37,357 bases of DNA from an uncultured bacterium (GTDB lineage Bacteria > Patescibacteriota > Minisyncoccia > Phycocordibacterales > CAIZLB01): contig CAJBHC010000076.1 of assembly GCA_903952785.1 (NCBI GenBank), positions 1-37,357 of the forward strand. The letters are read 5' to 3'. The translations under genes and the position numbers were made by a program. Under the pieces are notes generated by a model that was not told where the DNA came from, did no database searches, and was given only the letters and a program-made list of their open reading frames with translations. This document shows, piece by piece, positions 18,101-24,824 of this stretch (within the stretch, counting starts at the first letter, position 1; each line of letters opens with the position of its first letter).

Positions 18101-20415
18101 ATCCAATCTTCCCTGGCACAATCAATAGCTGTGGCAACTTATATTTTGCAGGAACATATACACTGGGAGGAAATGTGGTTGGAAGTTGCAACATTGGGGT
18201 ACCTGGTGTGATAATAAACGGAGCGGGACATGCTCTAACAGGAGATATAACAGCAAATGAATATGGTGTCACACTTTCAAATATCACCGTAACTGGTGTA
18301 GTCTCCACAACTGGAGCTGGAGTCGGAACAATAACCATCAATAACGCATCAAATCTAACTGGATCATTAACCATAACTGGCTTTCTCGCAGGGGATGGAT
18401 CAAGTTCAGTGGCAAGTACGACAATTGATGGAAATGGAGTGGTTGCAACAAGTAGCGTGAGCTTTGTAGGAGAAGTTAAAAACAATGGGATAATATATAG
18501 TGGAAACTTTGTTGGTAACTTAACCAACAACGGAACAATAGAGAACAGTACAACTTCACCCGTTATAGCTTTAGGGAATACTTTAAACAACGGAGTCATT
18601 AATGGAGGATTTGTTTTGAACTCTAACTCAACTAACCATGGAACAATAAATGGAAATGTAGTGTTGAATGATAACTCAATAAACAGCGGAACGGTTAATG
18701 GAACAGTTTCAGTATATGATTCTTCACTAAACACGGGAATTGTCACTGGTGATTTGATATTGAATTCCATTTCATCTGCCTCTGGAGTTGTCTCATTTGG
18801 AACAACAACTAATTTTCTTGGAACTGGCCGTGTGATGGGTGCGGTCAGAGATCAGGCAAGTACGACAATCACGAAGTGGATATTTAACGGCGGAAGCACA
18901 AATAGTGGATATACTAAAGGGATGACATTTTTCAATGGAACAAGTACAAACTCCGGTACTATTTTGGGTCATTCATACTTTAATAACTCTTCAATAAATA
19001 CGGGAACTATAACTGGTGATGCTGATGTATACTATTTTGTTACGACACCACTTGGGGGCACTGTAACAGGAACAACCACATACTACTCATATCCAAACAC
19101 AAAGACATTTAATAATAGCGCGGGGGATGGAATGTGGAATAACTCACTAAACTGGTTTACAGATACGACACTTCAGACAAATCTTGGAGGACTTCCCGCA
19201 TCAGGTGAAGCTGTAGTTCTATTCTCTTCAACTACATTATTATCAAATGTAAATAATGATGTATATATTGGAGCGAACAATATAACAATAGACGGAGTAT
19301 CGGGAAAAAATATAGGCGGATTCATTTCTGGTAACGGAGCGTATGATGGAGGTAATGCATTCAACTTCAACTTGTTCAACCTGACTGTGACTGGAACCAC
19401 ATCTGCAAATGGAGCTGATAACAGTAATGGTGTGGGAGGAAAGGGGGGAAATATAAATATCTCAGCATCAATTACAGCAAACGTTATTGCCAATGGAGGA
19501 TATGGAACATTGGGGAGTGGGGATGGTGGAACCATTACTGTAACAAATCCAATAACGACAGGAGCGACAAACGGTGCTTCAACAGGTGGTGCATCAAATG
19601 GAAGGTCTAGTGGCACAAGCGGAGGCTCTCAGATTAATTTAGGATTAGCAAATAATCTAAACTTATCAAACCCTGAAAGGTCGCTAATAAATATAAACAG
19701 TAATTTTGGATTGCCACGTCGTGTCGTTACCCCGCCTCGTCGGGAAAGGCGTGACCCTCCAATTATAGTTGTCCAGATTCGTCCAGTTATAGTTTTAAAA
19801 GATCTTCCAAAAATATCTATTGATGATGCACTAAATAATTTCTTGGATGATTCACTTCCTGAGGATCTTGTTGATCTTTCTAATGCTGTTCCTTCAATCA
19901 AAAAGGAATTGAGATCTAGTAGTATTAGCGGTGGATATATTCTTTATAGGATGAAAGAAAGCCCTGTTAATACGCCGACATTAAAACAGTTTTTGAGTAC
20001 AAGGACTCAGCAACCTTACAACTTAATTTTTGTATCAGTTGATGGAGTGGGTAAACCAACCAAACTCTCTATTGACGCGAAGGGTAATTTGTATCAGATA
20101 GTAAACGTGGCTTCATATTCAGCCATTGGTGTGACTGCTAGGGAGAATAGCGAGAAGGTGATAGTTACATTTAATGGAAAGGAGACAAAGTTTGTCAAAG
20201 ATAATAAAAATATTGTTAAGGTTAACGTTGTTGTGCCAGGGGGTGGGGGTACAAACATCTTGAAAATTGGAAAATTGACACTTGAGGTTAGGGTAGATGA
20301 TACTTATGCTGGATCAGAGCGATTGGGCGAGATTGGAACCACAGCTCCAATTAAATTGGCATTTTATTGGTTCAGAGAGAATGTTAATAACTTTATCAAG
20401 GCGGTGAGGAGATAG
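15058..20415 (+). CDS. giant surface protein, C-terminal part (blades 3-7 of propeller 2, Cys-pair module, propeller 3, Cys-pair module, N/G/T-rich beta-helix repeats, C-terminal domain)
   Basis: The repeat pattern of the upstream ORF continues without a break. The annotated TTG start lies inside that repeat, so this is most likely the continuation of 12146..15103 and not an independent gene. Confidence 0.8.
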   Translation: MGKKTSAGSRNWYSIASDTTGAKLAAVVNNGYIYTSSDSGETWATSTGSGVRFWRSIVSDTTGTKLAAVANGEYIYTSTDSGFSWATSSLSVGSRNWYSITSDASGTKLAAVVYNGYIYTSVDSGVTWSTSTSAGSRYWKEIKYSSDGTRLVASTASTEKIYFSNDNGLTWVNRGVDGIWRILGFNSQGNKVFVSSSGSSIADYINAIDFTFDISVNQYIKINSPILNAVLTIQSWLPSVEWGFNKTTCQYSYNNWVSTSTANCVLGGSDILPPQSEGSNTLYLRSVDAINNVSITSVLFKYFSNGWNLRDLNKNITSISTDISGRKLVALTGSSVTYDYINTSNDGGLSWIERISSTKQNWQGLASDALGVKLAAIGSDGYIYLSIDSGINWTKSTYLTSRSWSSITSSADGSYLAGTVNNDYMYFSTDFGATWATSTGSIALGKQAWQKIASSVDGKKLIAAVYNGYIYTSEDYGVTWATSTSAGLRYWKSVDSSADGSTLVAVVGGNGGMYDGRIYTSYDRGVNWVPRDSSRSWWDVTVSTDGSKMAAMVRNSNIYNSTDAGVTWSPSTGSDQLNWKSITSSADGNKLFAAVPYSGVYVHELLTQSMAADILLPQNLAITTAWNPIISWSTATSCYYSYDNWVSTSTANCALNGSDITPPSTSGTVTLYIKGIDAGAVVKTNTSTFTYAPHYWCGTADSSWTNVSNWYTDATCSVNKGSIPTNTSGVFLVENTSPIISWSTTTLPLFINSTGLTGGANTAGVIFGGTAYNSTKIVGNATFNGTSYNAGEITGNAIFSAASNGTFSLSGTMKWDGTIAGTIKGGDTLDITNLLFNNSSSNETTIGNTIYAVFNDSASNNGTIDGNATFNNTGLFTMGTVNGTTTMSGLSQTLNGVNNVVNLVKNIATVIRDTLFITSGSILNISGGTTIQGYDANNLLTIQSTIPGIQASLGINGTSTLNYLRIRDINNTGANINLSTNTVFNDGGNTGFTFDGSKAMVPREGMTSSYLNGTDPIFPGTINSCGNLYFAGTYTLGGNVVGSCNIGVPGVIINGAGHALTGDITANEYGVTLSNITVTGVVSTTGAGVGTITINNASNLTGSLTITGFLAGDGSSSVASTTIDGNGVVATSSVSFVGEVKNNGIIYSGNFVGNLTNNGTIENSTTSPVIALGNTLNNGVINGGFVLNSNSTNHGTINGNVVLNDNSINSGTVNGTVSVYDSSLNTGIVTGDLILNSISSASGVVSFGTTTNFLGTGRVMGAVRDQASTTITKWIFNGGSTNSGYTKGMTFFNGTSTNSGTILGHSYFNNSSINTGTITGDADVYYFVTTPLGGTVTGTTTYYSYPNTKTFNNSAGDGMWNNSLNWFTDTTLQTNLGGLPASGEAVVLFSSTTLLSNVNNDVYIGANNITIDGVSGKNIGGFISGNGAYDGGNAFNFNLFNLTVTGTTSANGADNSNGVGGKGGNINISASITANVIANGGYGTLGSGDGGTITVTNPITTGATNGASTGGASNGRSSGTSGGSQINLGLANNLNLSNPERSLININSNFGLPRRVVTPPRRERRDPPIIVVQIRPVIVLKDLPKISIDDALNNFLDDSLPEDLVDLSNAVPSIKKELRSSSISGGYILYRMKESPVNTPTLKQFLSTRTQQPYNLIFVSVDGVGKPTKLSIDAKGNLYQIVNVASYSAIGVTARENSEKVIVTFNGKETKFVKDNKNIVKVNVVVPGGGGTNILKIGKLTLEVRVDDTYAGSERLGEIGTTAPIKLAFYWFRENVNNFIKAVRR
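15064..15070 (+). other. A7 homopolymer / A AAA AAA heptamer at the junction of the two giant ORFs (-1 frameshift site or indel)
   Basis: Frame 0 reads GTA AAA AAA CAT. The -1 frame continues with AAA AAA ACA TCT GCT GGA AGT CGT AAT TGG (KKTSAGSRNW), which restores the blade consensus. Confidence 0.75.
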
Positions 20416-20443
20416 GGGGGGCTCTGGTTGTTGGTGACGAATG

Positions 20444-20769
20444 CTAATTTATTAAATAAATTAATATAACTCCTAGTATCACTCCAACAATTTGAACCGC
20501 GGTTAGTGGTTCGTGAAAATAAAAATAAGCAAAAATAAGTAGTATTATTGTATTAAATAATATTTGTATTATTCCAGCAGAGACTATGTTGATGTTGTGC
20601 TTGTAGCTTTCAACCAATAACATTGTTCCAATCAGATATGTAAAGATTCCTAATACATAAAGCATTGAATGCATTCCAGACCCCTTTTCTACCCACGTCT
20701 TAAAATTAGATCTCCTGCTGTGAGTATTATTCCGCTCAGAAATAAGATTAGTATGGGTATTAGGTGCAT
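20444..20769 (-). pseudogene. small DMT/EamA-half (ArnE/SMR-like) 4-TM membrane protein interrupted by a frameshift
   Basis: A 26-codon ORF (MHLIPILILFLSGIILTAGDLILRRG*, 20689..20769) supplies a first TM helix. The 76-aa ORF (20444..20674) in another frame supplies three more and ends FHEPLTAVQIVGVILGVILIYLIN, which is EamA-like. A 1-nt indel near 20695 would fuse them. Confidence 0.4.
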
Positions 20770-20888
20770 ATGTGATTATAATTATATCTATGTGCGCAGC
20801 CGGTACTAGAATATTTTCTTCGCAAAGCTCGAAAATATAAAGTACCGCTGCATCACGAATATATATTCGCTACGCTCATTATATTCTG

Positions 20889-20960
20889 TGACCCTACCGG
20901 GAGTCGAACCCGGCTTTAAAGCTTGAAAAGCTTTCGTCCTAACCGATAGACGATAGGGCC
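20889..20960 (-). tRNA. tRNA-Glu (anticodon UUC)
   Basis: The minus strand reads GGCCCTA TC GTCT ... with anticodon stem AAAGC/GCTTT, loop TTTTCAA and T arm CCGGG-TTCGACT-CCCGG. The acceptor closes with one G-U pair. Confidence 0.85.
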
Positions 20961-21110
20961 ATATTGGCAGTATCTTTTGAATTTATTGCCTACAATCAAA
21001 GATGAAAGCAATAAGAAGAATATAACATATTTTCAGAAAAAATCAAAAAAATGAATAAAATTGCCACATGCAAGTGAATAATGCTATGCTTGCATAGTTG
21101 TGGTGGTATT

Positions 21111-21197
21111 GGAGAGATGGCTGAGTGGTTGAAGGCACCGCTCTCGAAAAGCGGCATGGGGGAAACCTCATCGAGGGTTCAAATCCCTCTCTCTCCG
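21111..21197 (+). tRNA. tRNA-Ser (anticodon CGA), type II with long variable arm
   Basis: Acceptor GGAGAGA/TCTCTCC, anticodon stem CCGCT/AGCGG with loop CTCGAAA, long variable arm, T arm GAGGG-TTCAAAT-CCCTC, discriminator G. Confidence 0.9.
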
Positions 21198-21220
21198 CAG
21201 TTTTGAACGCAGTGAAAAAA

Positions 21221-21364
21221 TGCGGAGAGAAGTAATGCATTTATGCATTATGTGAGGGGTTTGAAAGGGTTCTCCCATATTTTTGGAAGTGAACGAAGTG
21301 AGAGCTTCCAAAAATGGGAAACCCGTACAGGTCCTGTAAGGACTAAATCCCTCTCTCTCCGCAG
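21221..21364 (+). ncRNA. tRNA-Ser-linked structured element whose outer stems reuse the tRNA-Ser acceptor and T-stem sequences (function unknown)
   Basis: P1 GGAGAGA (21224..21230) / TCTCTCC (21354..21360). P2 TAATGC-atttat-GCATTA. P3 GAGGG (21254..21258) / CCCTC (21349..21353). P4 is a ~20-bp bulged hairpin at 21267..21324. P5 TACAG-gtc-CTGTA. The 3' 21 nt exactly repeat 21181..21201. Confidence 0.5.
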
Positions 21365-21400
21365 TGATTCGCGTTTAAGATATTCTTTAGACACTCACAA

Positions 21401-22291
21401 CTAAAGTGCTATTCTGTCATGCAGTCTCTGAATTCTATCAAATCTATCTTCGGTATCTTCAGCGTTGACTTCTAATGTATCTTTTATCATATTTAGAAGC
21501 TTGATGTTTTCAGGCTCTAATTTGGAAATTTCTAATGGGGAAGAGGTTCTCTCTATTTCTCTTAAATATTCTGATTCATTGAAAAAACCAATAAACTGTC
21601 TCTCTGGTATGTGATTAAGTATGAAATCTTTGTCAGATTCATTTCTAATTTTATTTGCAATAATAAAAAGATTTTTATGCACCCCACCTTCTTTTGCTAG
21701 GTGATTATAATGTTCAAAGACTTCAATACTCCTCTTTGTTGGTTCTACGATAAGGGCGAGTACATCAAATTGTGCGTGTAGAGTATTAGCAAAAGCGTCA
21801 ACTCCAGCGACCATGTCTGTTACAACATATCCATCTTTGTCCACAAGATGGTTTAAGATATTTTCAAATATAACAAGATTACCATGGTAACAACTCTTGC
21901 CGATTCTATCGTCTTCATATGTTCCAACAACTACAAGATGCAGATTGTCTTCTTTGACTGAATAATCCTTCAGTATACTTTTATCTAGATTGTGTATATC
22001 AATTAAATTAGACCCTTCACTTGGTAGAGTAGTCTTTCCCAAATCAACTATTTCTTTAATATTTGAATTACTTCCTATCAAATGTTTTTTGATAGTTGCT
22101 CTAGTCTCAAGTTTAGATATGTACATATCAGGCGATACACTTTCCTTGAAGCCAAATAGCTCAGGGAGGTGTATGTTTAAATCGGCATCAAAAACAAGCA
22201 CTGGCTTTTTTGTGCCAGCAACATGTTTTGAAAATAGGGCAGACAGGGTTGTCTTGCCACTTCCTCCTTTTCCAACAAAAGCAATTCTCAT
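21401..22291 (-). CDS. CooC-like (MinD/ParA-class, SIMIBI) P-loop ATPase, putative metallochaperone
   Basis: Deviant Walker A MRIAFVGKGGSGKTT, DADLN, and a switch-like TDMVAGVDAF (CooC has DxxAGxE). GKSCYHGN sits where CooC carries its CxC metal site. Confidence 0.65.
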   Translation of the reverse strand: MRIAFVGKGGSGKTTLSALFSKHVAGTKKPVLVFDADLNIHLPELFGFKESVSPDMYISKLETRATIKKHLIGSNSNIKEIVDLGKTTLPSEGSNLIDIHNLDKSILKDYSVKEDNLHLVVVGTYEDDRIGKSCYHGNLVIFENILNHLVDKDGYVVTDMVAGVDAFANTLHAQFDVLALIVEPTKRSIEVFEHYNHLAKEGGVHKNLFIIANKIRNESDKDFILNHIPERQFIGFFNESEYLREIERTSSPLEISKLEPENIKLLNMIKDTLEVNAEDTEDRFDRIQRLHDRIAL

Positions 22292-22305
22292 ACCTTAATT
22301 GAGGA

Positions 22306-22521
22306 TTATTCCGTTGATTCCGCTATTGGTTTAGCGTTTTCAATAAGAGTATTGTATTCAGCTACGGTCATTACAGTGCTTCCATTCTCAGGCTTAGCTG
22401 GATCATAAATTTTAACCATACCTTCCTCAACTAAGTGTTCAACCACGGGGCATCCACAGCTACATCCGTTGTTTCCACAAAACAATGCGCCATCATAAAC
22501 TAGAGTTTTAATACTTTTCAT
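22306..22521 (-). CDS. small Cys-rich protein (C15-x4-C20-x-C22-x-C24), putative metal-binding partner
   Basis: 71-aa ORF lying 14 nt upstream of the ATPase on the same strand. The N-terminus MKSIKTLVYDGALFCGNNGCSCGCP faintly recalls the ArsD N-terminal Cys cluster. Confidence 0.55.
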   Translation of the reverse strand: MKSIKTLVYDGALFCGNNGCSCGCPVVEHLVEEGMVKIYDPAKPENGSTVMTVAEYNTLIENAKPIAESTE

Positions 22522-22551
22522 ATTTTTTAATTGATTTATTTTATTAACAAA

Positions 22552-22566
22552 TGCGAGTAATTTGCA
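22552..22566. promoter_or_regulatory. operator-like 7-1-7 imperfect palindrome TGCGAGT-A-ATTTGCA, copy 1
   Basis: Lies 31 nt upstream of the Cys-rich gene start. Its reverse complement matches 22610..22624 at 12/15 positions, with all differences in the central 3 nt. Confidence 0.45.
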
Positions 22567-22609
22567 TTTAAATACATACTAATCCTTAAATAAAAATAAG
22601 TCAAGTTGT

Positions 22610-22624
22610 TGCAAATAGGTCGCA
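22610..22624. promoter_or_regulatory. operator-like motif TGCAAAT-AGG-TCGCA, copy 2 (inverted relative to copy 1)
   Basis: Lies 20 nt upstream of the Fur-family gene ATG and has Fur/Zur/PerR-box-like 7-1-7 geometry. Confidence 0.45.
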
Positions 22625-22643
22625 TCTATTGTATTATTAAATT

Positions 22644-23096
22644 ATGAAAAAAGGGGATAAGAATAACAGTAAAAATAAAGACGAAGCTTTAGTTGGTGTA
22701 CTACGTAATAATGGGTACAAGGTTACTCAAGGGCGTATCTCTATCTTGGAGGTTTTTTCCAAATATCATATTCCATTAAATGCTGAAAGTGTCTCCGGTT
22801 ATCTAAAAAATAAAAGGGTAGATGTAGCCACTATATACAGAACACTAAAGTCATTTGAAGAAAAAGGAATACTTAGAAGAGTTGATTTGAGAAATGATTC
22901 TGTTTGTTTTGAGATGAATGATAGTCATCACCATCATCATTTGGTTTGCAAAAAGTGCGGAGACATAGAAGACGTGGATGTTTGTGAAATAGATAGATTG
23001 AGTAAAATTGCATTGAAAAATTCACTAAAATTTAAATTAATAATAGATCATTCTCTGGAATTTTTTGGAGTATGTAAGACATGCAATAAGGTTTAA
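22644..23096 (+). CDS. Fur-family metalloregulator (Fur/Zur/PerR type not resolvable)
   Basis: Winged-helix N-domain (ATIYRTLKSFEEKGILRRV), His cluster DSHHHHHLVCKKCG, and a second CxxC (CKTC). Confidence 0.85.
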   Translation: MKKGDKNNSKNKDEALVGVLRNNGYKVTQGRISILEVFSKYHIPLNAESVSGYLKNKRVDVATIYRTLKSFEEKGILRRVDLRNDSVCFEMNDSHHHHHLVCKKCGDIEDVDVCEIDRLSKIALKNSLKFKLIIDHSLEFFGVCKTCNKV

Positions 23097-23123
23097 AATT
23101 AATAGCTTACAGGTCTATTTTTA

Positions 23124-23166
23124 AATAAAAAAATCACCACGACAGGGTTACTGTCGTGGATTTTTT
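23124..23166. terminator. bidirectional rho-independent terminator
   Basis: An A-run, then CCACGACAG-ggtta-CTGTCGTGG, then TTTTTT. It sits between the convergent Fur-family gene and the PEP-CTERM gene. Confidence 0.75.
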
Positions 23167-23198
23167 GAGGGTGGCCATGTCCCTCGGTGTTATAGTGG

Positions 23199-24173
23199 TT
23201 ATGCCGCCATCTTCATTGAGCGCCGCGTCCGGATTAATAGGCTGGATCCAAGGAAACAGCCGACGGCCAACAGGCTTCCAGGTTCGGGGATGGCGGAGAT
23301 GTTGATCGGAAGTATTCCTCCCTTCATCCCGTCATTTGAACACCCCGTGCCCGCAAAAAACGTTACCGGCGTCTGGGGATCCAGCCAGCTGAACATGCTG
23401 GTCGGGACCTCAAAGCCCCAGATTAACTGATCCGCATAGGCATAACCGGTGTTGACCCCGGTTGTCGCCAGCGTGTCTGCTGTGTTCATTGTGCGCACCT
23501 CCGTTGTCTTTGTAAATATAACGGAGTCTGCACTGGATGAGATTAACGCCCACGGATCTGAGGCCCAATTCAGACCGAACTCGCCCCGTTGTAGGATTGA
23601 GTCAGGGCCTAGTCCCACAACTTGGTACGTCATGGTGTTGCCACTAACGCTAATGATGTTCAGAGCATATTCAAATCCGTATGAGGAATTTAGCTGGTTG
23701 ACGTGCCCATCCCCACTCCTTGGAGTTGGGCTTAGGTGGTTACCATCCGTATCAACGAACACGGTTTGGAAACCGTGACCTTCGGTGTTGACGGTGGAAC
23801 GGGGATCAAACCCGCTCACCATCCAGACGGTTGAGGTGGTAGCGGTGACATTCGGCTGGAAGCCAAACCCCATCAAGTCCCACTTCTTGCCAGTCTCACA
23901 GTTTGGGTTGACCTGTCCAATCTCCCCAATCCCTGGCCGGGGGTCTGTGCCAAACAGGGCGGGTTTAACGATCCCATCGGGGCGGGTGACGTCGCGGGCC
24001 ACTGAGGGCCCACCGAAATCAATCGTCACGAACGATGGTGTTGGTGGTGGATCGGCCCTAACCTTAGGGGTCATGCCGACGAGTAGGGTGATTGCCATGG
24101 CTAGTGAGGCCACAACACCGATAATTGCGCCCAAGACGCGTTTTCCTTTTCTCATTGTTTTTGACTTGGTCAA
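23199..24173 (-). CDS. secreted protein with C-terminal PEP-CTERM-type sorting signal (G+C-rich ORFan)
   Basis: N-terminal signal or anchor (RVLGAIIGVVASLAMAITLLVG) and C-terminus IPEPGSLLAVGCFLGSSLLIRTRRS (PEP motif, hydrophobic helix, Arg cluster). The 24173 start is TTG, and the ATG at 24155 is a likelier start. Confidence 0.65.
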   Translation of the reverse strand: MTKSKTMRKGKRVLGAIIGVVASLAMAITLLVGMTPKVRADPPPTPSFVTIDFGGPSVARDVTRPDGIVKPALFGTDPRPGIGEIGQVNPNCETGKKWDLMGFGFQPNVTATTSTVWMVSGFDPRSTVNTEGHGFQTVFVDTDGNHLSPTPRSGDGHVNQLNSSYGFEYALNIISVSGNTMTYQVVGLGPDSILQRGEFGLNWASDPWALISSSADSVIFTKTTEVRTMNTADTLATTGVNTGYAYADQLIWGFEVPTSMFSWLDPQTPVTFFAGTGCSNDGMKGGILPINISAIPEPGSLLAVGCFLGSSLLIRTRRSMKMAA

Positions 24174-24205
24174 ACCGTGTTTCTCTAATGGTTCAATCCA
24201 CGGTC

Positions 24206-24234
24206 AATATATCGCAATCCGCCTTACTTGTCAA
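24206..24234 (-). promoter_or_regulatory. sigma70-type promoter (TTGACA-17 nt-TATATT) for the PEP-CTERM gene
   Basis: The minus strand reads TTGACA (24234..24229), a 17-nt spacer, then TATATT (24211..24206). Confidence 0.6.
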
Positions 24235-24238
24235 TACA

Positions 24239-24817
24239 TTAGTCTTGTGGTGTAATAGTACCCAGTATTTTGTGCTTAATCAATAGTTTGTTGACAGTAT
24301 CGATTTGTTCTTTAATTTCAACGCTAATCTTTGGCTGTCTTGTTTCTAGTGTTGACTTAAGAATGGAGATCATCTTTGTAACTTGTGATAAGGCTGTTTC
24401 GATATACATTTCTTGACCCGATGTCTGAGATGTATGATCGACAGTTGTTAATAGAGCGCTTATAACACTGAGATATTCAAACATAAAATCATCCAACTCG
24501 AAGACTTTGTTTATTTTAATAAGCAGAGCGCTAATTTGAGATGATATTTTTTCCTTCACTGCTACATCGCTTATAATGCGTAAACCAGCTCTCAAATTAT
24601 TAATTTCACCATAGAAATATTCTCGAATTGTTACATCACTTCTGTCAAACATTTGAGCAGTTCTTGTTGAATCAAACGTTCCGTAATTATTTTCTGATTC
24701 TGTTCTGTCTAATTCTTCAATTTGAGAAGTAAATTTTGCGACCCTGCTTTCTATAGCTTCAACCATTAACAGTTGAGTTTCTTCTTCAGAGACAAGATTT
24801 TCTGGAAAGGGCTTCAT
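24239..24817 (-). CDS. hypothetical helical protein
   Basis: 192-aa ORF with no recognisable motif. Separated by 7 nt from the upstream gene on the same strand. Confidence 0.5.
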   Translation of the reverse strand: MKPFPENLVSEEETQLLMVEAIESRVAKFTSQIEELDRTESENNYGTFDSTRTAQMFDRSDVTIREYFYGEINNLRAGLRIISDVAVKEKISSQISALLIKINKVFELDDFMFEYLSVISALLTTVDHTSQTSGQEMYIETALSQVTKMISILKSTLETRQPKISVEIKEQIDTVNKLLIKHKILGTITPQD

Positions 24818-24824
24818 TTTGTCA

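Noticed and set aside
17139-19616. Long antisense ORFs (137, 275 and 147 aa) within the giant gene.
   Set aside because: They are products of repetitive, biased codon composition on the opposite strand of a clearly coding region.
21043-21240. 65-aa minus-strand ORF.
   Set aside because: It lies antisense across tRNA-Ser (REGFEPS is the classic translation of a tRNA T-arm complement) and is spurious.
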